A DNA stretch of 64,000 nt, taken from positions 128,001 to 192,000 of the forward strand of contig JBKBYA010000001.1 of NCBI GenBank assembly GCA_046313635.1, given 5' to 3'. Under the pieces are notes generated by a model that saw nothing but the letters and a program-made list of their open reading frames with translations, did not search any database and was not told where the DNA came from. Both the position numbers and the translations under genes were made by a program. Of this stretch, positions 9,107 through 17,997 are shown piece after piece (within the stretch, counting starts at the first letter, position 1; each line of letters begins with the position of its first letter). The DNA comes from Pyrinomonadaceae bacterium (GTDB lineage Bacteria; Acidobacteriota; Blastocatellia; Pyrinomonadales; Pyrinomonadaceae).

Positions 9107-10315
9107 TTAGCGGACGTAAATCGGATTTGAGATTATCCAAGGCATTTTGTCGAAGGGCGGGCCGAGATCGTCGCGGTATACCTCGACACGAAATGTTCCC
9201 GCTTCGGAGATCTCGACGCTCACCTGGTCTTTGGCGGATTCCTCAAAAAATCTGTTCCCGTCTTTGAAGATCACAAATCGCGCGTTCAGCGGAGCCGATG
9301 CTCGCAGGCCCAGGCCCGGCCGCCATTCGACGTCGCCGCCCATTCCCTGCAGCCAATTATCATTTTCGGTCGCCTCGAACGTAAACCCGCTCGTGTCGCC
9401 GAGACTATCGAAACCGATGAACGCCTGGCCGAAGAGCAACGCGCGAAGCAGATTCTCGCGGTTGAATTCCTGCCCTTTGAAGAGCAAGACGTGCATACGG
9501 ACGATGCCGAATGTCGTCGCGTACGGGTCGAGTTTGATTTTGATCAGCTTGTTGCCCGCATCGTCGCCCAAGAGGTGAAAGCCGATATTCGAATGCGCGT
9601 CGGTGCCGGCAAAGAGCGAGAGCTTTCGCTGGGCGGCGGTCTCGTCGAACTTTTGCAGATTCGCGTCCGGCCGGCGGAAGTACGACATCAGCGTGAGCTG
9701 AGGATAGCTCGGGTATGACCACAGGAGATCGCCGGCGGCGAGGAGCGGATTTACCCTTTTGGTCTCGGTGTGATTGCTGAAGACCTCGATACCGTCGAAG
9801 TCGGAACTCCACGATTTAAACCGCTCAGGATAGGTGATCAGTGCTACGCGGTTCTCGGCGTGCAGCTTTTGCAGCACCTGATCGGTCGGCAAGTTTCGCA
9901 GGCTCGCCGCCTCGGCGCTGCCGGGGATCATCAAAAATCGGTCGCCGTTCGCCGTGTCGATCTCGTTGCCGCCGACAAAGAGCGTCTTGCCGTAAACGCC
10001 GTTTAGCGTCAGCGCCGACGTGTCGTACTTGTCCGAGTAGTGCTCGGTCATCAGCACGAAATCGAGATCGTTCTGATTCGCCGCGTCGATCAGCTCGTCA
10101 AAGCCGCCCGTGCTGTGCCCGCCGAGCGAAGTGTGCGCGTGGATGATGCCCTTGTATTCGTTGTATTGCGGATGCTCGCGCCGGAGTCGCTGCGACTCGA
10201 GTTGGGTGACCTTTTGCGCGAGCCGGCCGGTCTGGTAGCGGCGATAAACGAACGGCACCTGCGCCAAGAGCAGAATGGCCAGCAGGACGAGCAGGATCTT
10301 GTACCTTCGCTTCAT
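9107..10315 (-). CDS. PHP-domain metallophosphoesterase-like protein, N-terminally anchored
   Basis: GIIHAHT..GHS.G, TEH, GIEVFS, AGTDAH motifs. Confidence 0.75.
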   Translation of the reverse strand: MKRRYKILLVLLAILLLAQVPFVYRRYQTGRLAQKVTQLESQRLRREHPQYNEYKGIIHAHTSLGGHSTGGFDELIDAANQNDLDFVLMTEHYSDKYDTSALTLNGVYGKTLFVGGNEIDTANGDRFLMIPGSAEAASLRNLPTDQVLQKLHAENRVALITYPERFKSWSSDFDGIEVFSNHTETKRVNPLLAAGDLLWSYPSYPQLTLMSYFRRPDANLQKFDETAAQRKLSLFAGTDAHSNIGFHLLGDDAGNKLIKIKLDPYATTFGIVRMHVLLFKGQEFNRENLLRALLFGQAFIGFDSLGDTSGFTFEATENDNWLQGMGGDVEWRPGLGLRASAPLNARFVIFKDGNRFFEESAKDQVSVEISEAGTFRVEVYRDDLGPPFDKMPWIISNPIYVR

Positions 10316-10327
10316 CGCGAGTCCGAA

Positions 10328-10624
10328 TCAGAGTTGATCGACAAAATCTACCGAGACGACGTGGGCCGCGATCTCTTTGCCCATCGCCGCGACTTGCTGG
10401 TGAGTGGGATGCACGGTATAGGCGTTCAATGCGTCGGCATCGGCGAATGTCGCGACGAGGCCCGTGTCGTACGATCGCTCAAGGTGCAGCATATCCGCGC
10501 CGACCTTAAGATCGATCACCTCGGGAATGACCGCCTTGAGCGCACCGAGCCGCTCGCGGTGATCGCGGCGCACTTCGTCAGAAATTTCCTCTTTGTACTT
10601 CCAGCAAACGATATGAGTGAGCAT
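10328..10624 (-). CDS. Dabb (stress-responsive A/B barrel) family protein
   Basis: MLTHIVCWKY...YDTGLVATF...YTVHPTHQ...VDF; the longer ORF start runs into the repeat. Confidence 0.85.
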   Translation of the reverse strand: MLTHIVCWKYKEEISDEVRRDHRERLGALKAVIPEVIDLKVGADMLHLERSYDTGLVATFADADALNAYTVHPTHQQVAAMGKEIAAHVVSVDFVDQL

Positions 10625-10628
10625 CGGT

Positions 10629-10814
10629 AATTCCAAATTCCAGATTCCAGATTCCAAATATAGCCGCCGCACTGCGTAATCCGTAATCGAGATTCCCGAA
10701 TCTGCATCTCAAATTTGGAATCTGGAATCTGGAATCTGGAATCTGGAATCTGGAATCTGGAATCTGGAATCTGGAATTTGGAATTTGGAATCTGGAATTT
10801 GGAATCTGGAATCT
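10629..10814. repeat. Heptamer tandem repeat with inverted arms
   Basis: ~4 x A(G/A)ATTCC at 10629-10659 and 14 x GGAAT(C/T)T at 10717-10814. Confidence 0.95.
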
Positions 10815-11259
10815 ACCCCTCGCACCATCGCTTCGTCACCTCGTGTCTGTACGCGAACATCTTCTCGAGCCGCGGCAGCACGGCCATTGGCGCGGCTATT
10901 GAGCCCAGAAGACCCGCGGGCGGCTCGTATTCGATCTCGTCTCTCAAGATCGCGCCGTCCTCGTGCGGCAAGACGATGTGGCGGTGCCTCCATTTCTTAA
11001 ACGGCCCCGAGACCTGCGTGTCCTCAAACATCCGCGGCGGGTCGTACGCCGTATGCTCGGCGACCCAGCGCACTTTAATCGGCCCGAGGATGCGGCTCTC
11101 GATGATCGTGCGCGAGCCGAGCTGCGAGATGTCGGCCTTTTGAATGATCTTCACCTTTTCCCACGGCGGCACAAGCCGCTCGAACGCGTCGGGCAGCTCG
11201 TGAAACGCAAAGACCTTCTCAGGCGTGCAGCGAATGACGCTCTCTTTGACGAAGTTCAT
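10813..11259 (-). CDS. SRPBCC (START-like) family protein
   Basis: VFAFHE...LVPPW...W.AEH...F.D.QVSGPFKKWRHRH...FAYRH; ATG overlaps the decarboxylase stop. Confidence 0.85.
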   Translation of the reverse strand: MNFVKESVIRCTPEKVFAFHELPDAFERLVPPWEKVKIIQKADISQLGSRTIIESRILGPIKVRWVAEHTAYDPPRMFEDTQVSGPFKKWRHRHIVLPHEDGAILRDEIEYEPPAGLLGSIAAPMAVLPRLEKMFAYRHEVTKRWCEG

Positions 11260-12704
11260 CCGCGCACCTTCTCTAGATGCTCGGCGAGCAGTTCCCAGAC
11301 CTTTACGAGATGCCGCTCTTCGACGCGGATGCTGCCGACCGAGAGACGTAGCGTGAATTTGCCGTTGAGCTTTGTGTGCGAGAGGTAGGCCTCGCCGGAT
11401 GCGTTGATCCAATTCATCAGATGCTCGTTAAGTGCGTCGAGATCGTCGACACCCTTCGGCGCCGCGCGAAAGCAGACGAGGGCGAAAGGCACGGGTGCCA
11501 TCATTTCAAAATTCTCCGACTCCTCGACCCACGACGCGAAAAGCCTCGCGAGACGGCAATGCTCGGCGATTCGCGCCGCGAGGCCTTCGCGGCCAAAGTA
11601 GCGGATGACGAACCAAAGCTTCAGCGCGCGAAAGCGGCGACCCAATTGGATGCCGTAGTCCATGCCGTTCTTTACGGCGGTGGCTTCGCCGGTCTTGAGA
11701 TATTCAGGCACAAGCGAAAATGCCTGTTTGAGCGTGGGCATATCGCGGCAGTAGAGCACCGAGAGATCGAAGGGCGTAAAGAGCCACTTGTGCGGATTGA
11801 CGACGATCGAGTCCGCACGCTCCCAGCCCTTGAATAGCGGCCTAAACTCGTCGAGCATCGCCGCCGGCCCTGCATACGCGGCGTCGACGTGCAGCCAGAG
11901 ACCGTACCTTTCGCAGATGTCGGCGACCGCGTCGACCGGGTCGACGCTCGACGTCGACGTCGTGCCGACGGTCGGGATCACGCAGATCGGAACGAAGCCG
12001 GCTTCGAGGTCTTCCTCGATCGCGTCGACGAGCTTCTGGGCGATCATCTCAAAGCGCTCGTTGGTCTCGATCTTTCGCAGGCTCTTGGTGCCGAGACCGA
12101 GCGTGATAACCGATTTGTCGATCGACGAGTGGACGTGCTCGCTAGCGTAAACGCGAAGCAGCGGCAGGTCGTCGCGGCCGCTCATCCCGCGGTTCCGGAT
12201 GTCGAGATCGACCCGCTCGCGCGCGGCGGCGATCGCGTGCATCGTCGAGACCGACGCCGTGTCGTAGATGATCCCGTCGAATAGCTCCGGAAGGCCGAGC
12301 ATCTGCCGCAGCCAGTCGAGAGTCACGTCCTCGAGCTCCGTCGAGGCGGGCGAGGTGCGCCACAACATCGCCTTCATATCAAAGGCCGCCGCGAGCATCT
12401 CGCCAAAGATGCCGACCGACGACGCGGAGGTCGAAAACAGTCCGTGAAAATTCGGATGGTTCCAATGCGTCACCGCCGGCAGGATCAGGCGGTCGACGTC
12501 CGCGATGACCTCGGCAAAATCCTCGCCTTGCTCGGGCGGCGATGCGGGCAAACTTTCTTTGAGCCAGCCGGGCTCGACCTGCGAGAGAACGGGGAGTTTG
12601 TCGATATGCTCGAAGTAGTTTGCGATCCAGTCGACGAGCTCGTGACCATAGCGGCGAAACTCATCCGGCGGCATATCGCCGAGCCTCTGCTTTTCATTCG
12701 TCAT
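11256..12704 (-). CDS. Group II PLP-dependent decarboxylase (aromatic-L-amino-acid/tyrosine decarboxylase-like)
   Basis: THWNHP.F, SPASTELE, HVHSSIDK, WLHVDAAYAG, NPHKWL (PLP Lys), LGRRFRALKLWF. Confidence 0.9.
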   Translation of the reverse strand: MTNEKQRLGDMPPDEFRRYGHELVDWIANYFEHIDKLPVLSQVEPGWLKESLPASPPEQGEDFAEVIADVDRLILPAVTHWNHPNFHGLFSTSASSVGIFGEMLAAAFDMKAMLWRTSPASTELEDVTLDWLRQMLGLPELFDGIIYDTASVSTMHAIAAARERVDLDIRNRGMSGRDDLPLLRVYASEHVHSSIDKSVITLGLGTKSLRKIETNERFEMIAQKLVDAIEEDLEAGFVPICVIPTVGTTSTSSVDPVDAVADICERYGLWLHVDAAYAGPAAMLDEFRPLFKGWERADSIVVNPHKWLFTPFDLSVLYCRDMPTLKQAFSLVPEYLKTGEATAVKNGMDYGIQLGRRFRALKLWFVIRYFGREGLAARIAEHCRLARLFASWVEESENFEMMAPVPFALVCFRAAPKGVDDLDALNEHLMNWINASGEAYLSHTKLNGKFTLRLSVGSIRVEERHLVKVWELLAEHLEKVRG

Positions 12705-12888
12705 AAAAAACCAAAAAGGCGGCATCCACGCTCGGCCGCACGTCAAATACACTCGACAGGTTTTGTAATAAAAGTATAATAACAGCTACTATTGACTCGC
12801 CAACCACTAATAAAAAAAGCGTTACTGACAATTTGATTCTCCCCGGATTCAGCGGTCACGCAGATTTGTGTTTTAGAAGACTAAAACT

Positions 12889-14403
12889 ATGGCGACAGAA
12901 GTTGCCGGCGTAGAGGAAACAAAAGAAGGATTCATCCGCGGGCTGGGTCTGCTCGACTCGACGATGATCGTCGCGGGCTCGATGATCGGCTCGGGAATTT
13001 TTATCGTCTCGGCCGACATCGCGCGGCAGGTCGGCTCGCCCGGCTGGCTGCTCGTCGTCTGGATGATCACTGGTCTGCTGACGGTCGGCGCCGCGCTCTC
13101 GTACGGCGAGCTCGCGGCGATGATGCCGAAGGCAGGCGGGATGTACGTTTATCTTAAAGAAGCGTACGGCTCGCTCTGGGGATTCCTGTACGGGTGGACG
13201 CACTTTTTGGTCATCGGCACCGCGACGATCGCCGCGGTGGCCGTCGCCTTCGCGCGGTTTACCGGCATCCTCTTTCCGCAGATCTCCGAGTCGAGCTACA
13301 TCATCGAGCCGGTCCGCTTCGGATCGTCGAGCTACGCATTCTCGCTCTCGACGGCCCAGCTGCTCGGCGTCGTGATGATCGTGCTGCTGACGGCGATAAA
13401 CACCCGCGGACTTGATCTCGGCAAGTTCATCCAGAACGTCTTCACCTTTGCCAAAACGGGCTCGCTGATCGCGCTCATCCTTTTGGGGATCGTCGTCGGG
13501 CTCGTCTCGTACCCGGAGATCGCGGCGGCGAATTTCGGCGATCTCTGGACGCCTCGCGGCGCGCTCCAGCCGGTCGGCGACGGTTTGACGGCGGCGAGCG
13601 CGTTCGGTCTTTTTGTCGCCATCTGCGTCGCTCAGACAAACTCGCTCTTCTCGGCCGATGCGTGGCACAACGTCACTTTCACGGCCGGCGAGGTAAAGGA
13701 CCCGAAGCGTAACCTGCCGCTCTCGCTGCTGCTCGGCACCGGCGGGGTCATAGTCCTATACCTGCTTGCGAATGTAGCGTATCTTGCAACGCTGCCTTTC
13801 GAGGAGATGCAGCGAGTCGCGAGCGACCGCGTCGGCTCGGCAACGGCCGAAGTGATCTTTCCGGGCGTCGGGGCGACGCTGATGGCCGTGGCGATCATGG
13901 TCTCGACATTCGGCTGCAACAACGGTCTGATATTCGCCGGGCCGCGTGCATATTATGCGATGGCGCGCGACGGGCTCTTCTTTCAAAAGGCCGGTCTGCT
14001 GAACAAGTTTCACGTACCGGCGTGGGCGCTCGTCATCCAGGGCGTGCTTGCCGCGCTCTACGTCCTGCCGCGAACGGTGCGCGCCGACGGCAGCTTCGGC
14101 AGTCTTTACAACGACCTGCTCACATACGTCATCTCGGCCGCGCTGATCTTTTACATTCTGGCGATCGCGGCCGTCTTTGTGCTCCGCGTGAAACAACCCG
14201 ACGCCGAGCGGCCGTATAAGGCCGTCGGGTATCCGATCATTCCCGCACTCTACGTCGTCGGTGCCGCGGTCATCCTCGTCGTGCTTTTTGTGTATCAGAC
14301 CACCGCGACGTGGCCGGGCCTTTTGATCGTTCTCACGGGTGTGCCGGTCTATTTCATTTGGAAACGCTCGGCTGAAGCTTCGGGCCGCGCGGACGAAGCC
14401 TGA
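12889..14403 (+). CDS. APC-superfamily amino acid permease
   Basis: GSMIGSGIF, ELAAMMPKAGG.Y.Y, AGEVKDPKRNLP, RPYK..GYP. Confidence 0.92.
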   Translation: MATEVAGVEETKEGFIRGLGLLDSTMIVAGSMIGSGIFIVSADIARQVGSPGWLLVVWMITGLLTVGAALSYGELAAMMPKAGGMYVYLKEAYGSLWGFLYGWTHFLVIGTATIAAVAVAFARFTGILFPQISESSYIIEPVRFGSSSYAFSLSTAQLLGVVMIVLLTAINTRGLDLGKFIQNVFTFAKTGSLIALILLGIVVGLVSYPEIAAANFGDLWTPRGALQPVGDGLTAASAFGLFVAICVAQTNSLFSADAWHNVTFTAGEVKDPKRNLPLSLLLGTGGVIVLYLLANVAYLATLPFEEMQRVASDRVGSATAEVIFPGVGATLMAVAIMVSTFGCNNGLIFAGPRAYYAMARDGLFFQKAGLLNKFHVPAWALVIQGVLAALYVLPRTVRADGSFGSLYNDLLTYVISAALIFYILAIAAVFVLRVKQPDAERPYKAVGYPIIPALYVVGAAVILVVLFVYQTTATWPGLLIVLTGVPVYFIWKRSAEASGRADEA

Positions 14404-14433
14404 CGCTTCAGATATTTAATTTCGGAGGTTTAA

Positions 14434-16284
14434 ATGTCACTTTTCGCGACCAAACCAATTTCAAGGATCATCGCCGAGGCCGAGGAGACCGGTGAGCATA
14501 CCTTAAAGAAAGCGCTGAGCTCGCTCGACCTGACCATGCTCGGCGTGGGTGCCATCATCGGGACTGGAATCTTCGTCCTCACGGGCCAGGCCGCCGGCAA
14601 GCACGCGGGCCCGGCCGTTGTCCTCTCAATGGTGCTGGCGGGCATCGTCAGTCTCTTTGCGGCGCTGTGCTATTCGGAATTTGCGGCGTCGGTGCCGATC
14701 TCGGGCTCGGCGTACGCCTACGGCTACGGCACGCTCGGCGAGTTCATCGCCTGGATCATCGGCTGGGACCTGATCCTCGAATACGCCTTCGGCGCCGCGA
14801 CGGTCGCCGTCGGTTGGTCGGGCTACGTGGTGAGCCTCCTGCGCGATACGCTGGGCATCGCATATCCGCTCGCGCTCAGCGCTCCGCCTGGACAGGAGAT
14901 AAAAGATGCGACCGGCGCCGTGATAGGGCACGGCGTATTCAACCTGCCGGCCGCGCTCATCGCGGTCGCGGTGACGCTACTTCTGATCCGCGGCATCAAG
15001 GAGTCGGCGAGCTTCAACTCCGTTATCGTCGTCATCAAGACGCTGGTCGTCGTGCTCTTTATCATCGCCGGTATCGGTTACGTCAGCCCGAGCAATCTCG
15101 GCATCGGCTGCACGGCGGGCGTCGCCGGATGTCCGGAGTTCATGCCGTTCGGGTTCAAGGGCGTGATCACCGGCGCGGCCGTCATCTTTTTTGCGTACAT
15201 CGGATTTGACGCCGTTTCGACCGCCGCTCAGGAAGCCAAGAATCCGCAGCGTGACATGCCTCGCGGCATCATCGGAAGCTTGGCGATCTGTACCGTTCTC
15301 TACATTCTCGTCGCCGGCATCATGGTCGGGCTCGTCGATTATAAGGCCCTGACCAACGCCGCCGCTCCGATCGCGGTCGCGATCGACGCCGCCCTGCAAA
15401 AGGCCGAGGGCACGACGATGGGCACGATCCTCGCCGTCTTTCCGACCATCATCAAGGTCGGCGCGGTGCTCGGCTTGAGCTCGACGATGGTCGTGATGGT
15501 GATGGGCCAGCCGCGAGTCTTTTACTCGATGTCAAAGGACGGCCTGCTGCCTGAATGGGCGGCCAAGATCCATCCCAAATTCCAGACGCCGCACATCACG
15601 ACCGCGATCACCGGCACCATCGTCGCGATCCTCGCCGGATTTGTCCCGATCAGCCTGCTCGGCGAGCTTGTCAGTATCGGAACGCTCTTCGCGTTTGTCA
15701 TCGTCGGCACGGGCATCATCATCCTGCGATCGTCGAATCCCGCGCTCCATCGTCCCTTCAAGGTCCCCTTCTCGCCGGTCGTGCCGATACTTACGGTGTT
15801 GTCGTCGGCATATTTGATGAATGGCCTGCCCATTGATACGTGGATCCGTCTGATCGACTGGATGTCGATCGGACTCGTCGTTTACTTTGCCTACAGCTAC
15901 GTCAACAGCAACCTCGGCAAGGCGGAGAACGCGGGCGCTAATGTCGAGAGCGCGGCTCCATACAAGCCGCCGGTCGCCGCCATCATAGGAGCGGGCCTTG
16001 TCATCCCGCTGACGATCTTCCAGATCTGGTACTTTATGCCGGACGACATGCGGGCGAATCAGACCGCGCAGATGCTCGAATATGCGATCCGACTCTTTGC
16101 GTGGGTCGTCACGTGCGCTCTCGTCTTTGTGCTGATGTACGGCCGCAAGGTCGAGGGCAAAGGTCGGAGCGCAAAGGTGCGCACGACCGGACTTGTGCTC
16201 TCGCTGATCAATCTCTTGGCGTGGGCGCTGATCACGTACTGGTTCTTTGCCCACTACGCAGAGTTCCACCACAGCGGAGCGTGA
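14434..16284 (+). CDS. APC-superfamily amino acid permease (CAT/GkApcT-like) with extra C-terminal TMs
   Basis: GAIIGTGIFV, YSEFA...SGSAY, FFAYIGFDAVSTAAQEAKNP, GELVSIGTL. Confidence 0.92.
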   Translation: MSLFATKPISRIIAEAEETGEHTLKKALSSLDLTMLGVGAIIGTGIFVLTGQAAGKHAGPAVVLSMVLAGIVSLFAALCYSEFAASVPISGSAYAYGYGTLGEFIAWIIGWDLILEYAFGAATVAVGWSGYVVSLLRDTLGIAYPLALSAPPGQEIKDATGAVIGHGVFNLPAALIAVAVTLLLIRGIKESASFNSVIVVIKTLVVVLFIIAGIGYVSPSNLGIGCTAGVAGCPEFMPFGFKGVITGAAVIFFAYIGFDAVSTAAQEAKNPQRDMPRGIIGSLAICTVLYILVAGIMVGLVDYKALTNAAAPIAVAIDAALQKAEGTTMGTILAVFPTIIKVGAVLGLSSTMVVMVMGQPRVFYSMSKDGLLPEWAAKIHPKFQTPHITTAITGTIVAILAGFVPISLLGELVSIGTLFAFVIVGTGIIILRSSNPALHRPFKVPFSPVVPILTVLSSAYLMNGLPIDTWIRLIDWMSIGLVVYFAYSYVNSNLGKAENAGANVESAAPYKPPVAAIIGAGLVIPLTIFQIWYFMPDDMRANQTAQMLEYAIRLFAWVVTCALVFVLMYGRKVEGKGRSAKVRTTGLVLSLINLLAWALITYWFFAHYAEFHHSGA

Positions 16285-16309
16285 TGGGCCGACCGGTCTA
16301 GACAAATAG

Positions 16310-16338
16310 AAAGGGCGGGCTTTGGTCCGCCCTTTTTT
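16310..16338 (+). terminator. Rho-independent terminator
   Basis: AAAGGGCGG...CCGCCCTTTTTT. Confidence 0.7.
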
Positions 16339-16342
16339 CGGG

Positions 16343-17794
16343 ATGAGATCAGACGTACAGCCGGTCCGGATCAAAACGGGCCCAAGATTCAGACCCGTAT
16401 ATCGCTGGCTGATCGTGATCGGCTGCGGGCTTGCGATCGCGACTGCGCCGCGGCCTGAGGGCGTCACCGACGAAGCCTGGCGGCTGTTTGCGATCTTTAT
16501 CGCGACGATCGTCGGCTCGGTCGTGCAGCCTCTGTCGGGGAGCGCGATGGTGCTGCTCGGCGTGATCGCGACGGTCGTGTTTGGAGCGCTCAAGCCGGCG
16601 GACGCGCTTCGCGGCTACAGCGAGCCGGTCGTGTGGCTCGTGCTCGCGGCGTTCTTTCTTGCGTGCGGGATGATCAAGACCGGACTCGGCCGCCGAATTG
16701 CGCTGCTGTTTGTCCGCGCGATCGGCGGCCGTACGATCGGCGTCGGCTACGCTCTGGTCGCGACCGACTTTGTGCTCGCGTCGATGGTGCCGTCAAACGG
16801 CGCGCGTAACGGCGGCGTCGTCATTCCGATCGCGCTCGGCGTCAGCGAAACTTACGACTCGCGGCCCGACGACGGGACGGCAGATCGCTTCGGCGGATTT
16901 TTGATGAATCTGCTTTACCAGTGCGACGTCGTCATCTGCGCGACATTTCTGACCGGGCAGGCATCGAATCTGATCATCGCCGACCTCGCCGCAAAGAATG
17001 CCGGCGTCCAGCTCAGCTATCTCGGCTGGCTCACGGCGGCGATCGTGCCCAGCGTTATCTCGCTCGCTATCGTGCCGCTCGTGATCTACAAGCTCTATCC
17101 GCCCGAGGTGCGCGAGACGCCCGAAGCTCCCGCCTTCGCCGCCGCCGAGCTCGAAAAGCTCGGCCCGATGTCTTTGCACGAAAAGCTAATGCTCGCCGTG
17201 CTCGTCGCCGTCGTCGCGCTCTGGATCTCAAAAGATCACCTGCACTCGATCGACACGGCGATCGTCGCGTTGGCCGGCATCTGCGTGCTGCTCGCCGCAC
17301 GCGTCGTCGAGTGGCGCGACCTGATGGGCGATACCAACGCGTGGTCGGTCTTTATCTGGTACGGCGGGCTGGTCAATATAGCGACCGCGCTGGGCGCGAC
17401 CGGCCTCACAAAGATCTTTGCCGACTCGGCCGCGTCGTACACAGGCGAAATGGCGTGGCCGGCGGCGCTGGCCGTGCTGCTGCTCGTGTACTTTTATTCG
17501 CACTACTTTTTTGCGTCGATCACGGCGCACGTTCTGGCGATGCTCGTACCGTTTCTCGCGGTGACCGCCGCGGTCGGAGCTCCGGCAGGGCTGACGGTAC
17601 TGCTGCTCGCGTACTTCTCAAATTTGAACGCGGGCCTGACGCATTACGGCACGACGCCGGCGCCGATCTATTTCGGGACCGGCTACGTCAGCCAAACGCG
17701 CTGGTGGAAGACGGGCTTTGTGCTCTCGCTGATCAATATCGCGATCTGGACGGGAGCGGGCCTTATCTGGTGGAAGCTGCTCGGATGGTGGTGA
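16343..17794 (+). CDS. DASS-family (CitT/TtdT-like) anion transporter
   Basis: KTGLGRRIAL, PSNGARNGG, FLTGQASN, HYFFASITAH, THYGTTPAPIYFG.GY. Confidence 0.9.
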   Translation: MRSDVQPVRIKTGPRFRPVYRWLIVIGCGLAIATAPRPEGVTDEAWRLFAIFIATIVGSVVQPLSGSAMVLLGVIATVVFGALKPADALRGYSEPVVWLVLAAFFLACGMIKTGLGRRIALLFVRAIGGRTIGVGYALVATDFVLASMVPSNGARNGGVVIPIALGVSETYDSRPDDGTADRFGGFLMNLLYQCDVVICATFLTGQASNLIIADLAAKNAGVQLSYLGWLTAAIVPSVISLAIVPLVIYKLYPPEVRETPEAPAFAAAELEKLGPMSLHEKLMLAVLVAVVALWISKDHLHSIDTAIVALAGICVLLAARVVEWRDLMGDTNAWSVFIWYGGLVNIATALGATGLTKIFADSAASYTGEMAWPAALAVLLLVYFYSHYFFASITAHVLAMLVPFLAVTAAVGAPAGLTVLLLAYFSNLNAGLTHYGTTPAPIYFGTGYVSQTRWWKTGFVLSLINIAIWTGAGLIWWKLLGWW

Positions 17795-17912
17795 CGGGCT
17801 TTGAGTCGCACCCGACCGCGTAAAGAAAGATCGCCTGATAGGTCGTGCCGGCCTCGATGCGGATCATTGCCGCGCGGCTGCGCCGCAGCGCTGAGCGTAA
17901 GAGCTGACCTCA

Positions 17913-17980
17913 CAAAAACAAAGACCCGAGAACCAAAGACCAAAAACAAAGAGGCCGCCCTTTCAGGCGGCCTCTTTGTC
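17913..17980. terminator. Bidirectional terminator preceded by CAAA(G/A)A-type heptamer repeats
   Basis: caaaaacaaagacccgagaaccaaagaccaaaaac, then CAAAGAGGCCGCC-tttca-GGCGGCCTCTTTG between convergent genes. Confidence 0.7.
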
Positions 17981-17997
17981 GCTGCTCCGGTCCGCTC

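Noticed and set aside
10709..11143. ORFs with LESGIWN / SRFQIPD peptide repeats
   Set aside because: Translations of the GGAATCT heptamer array overlapping the real SRPBCC gene; not independent genes
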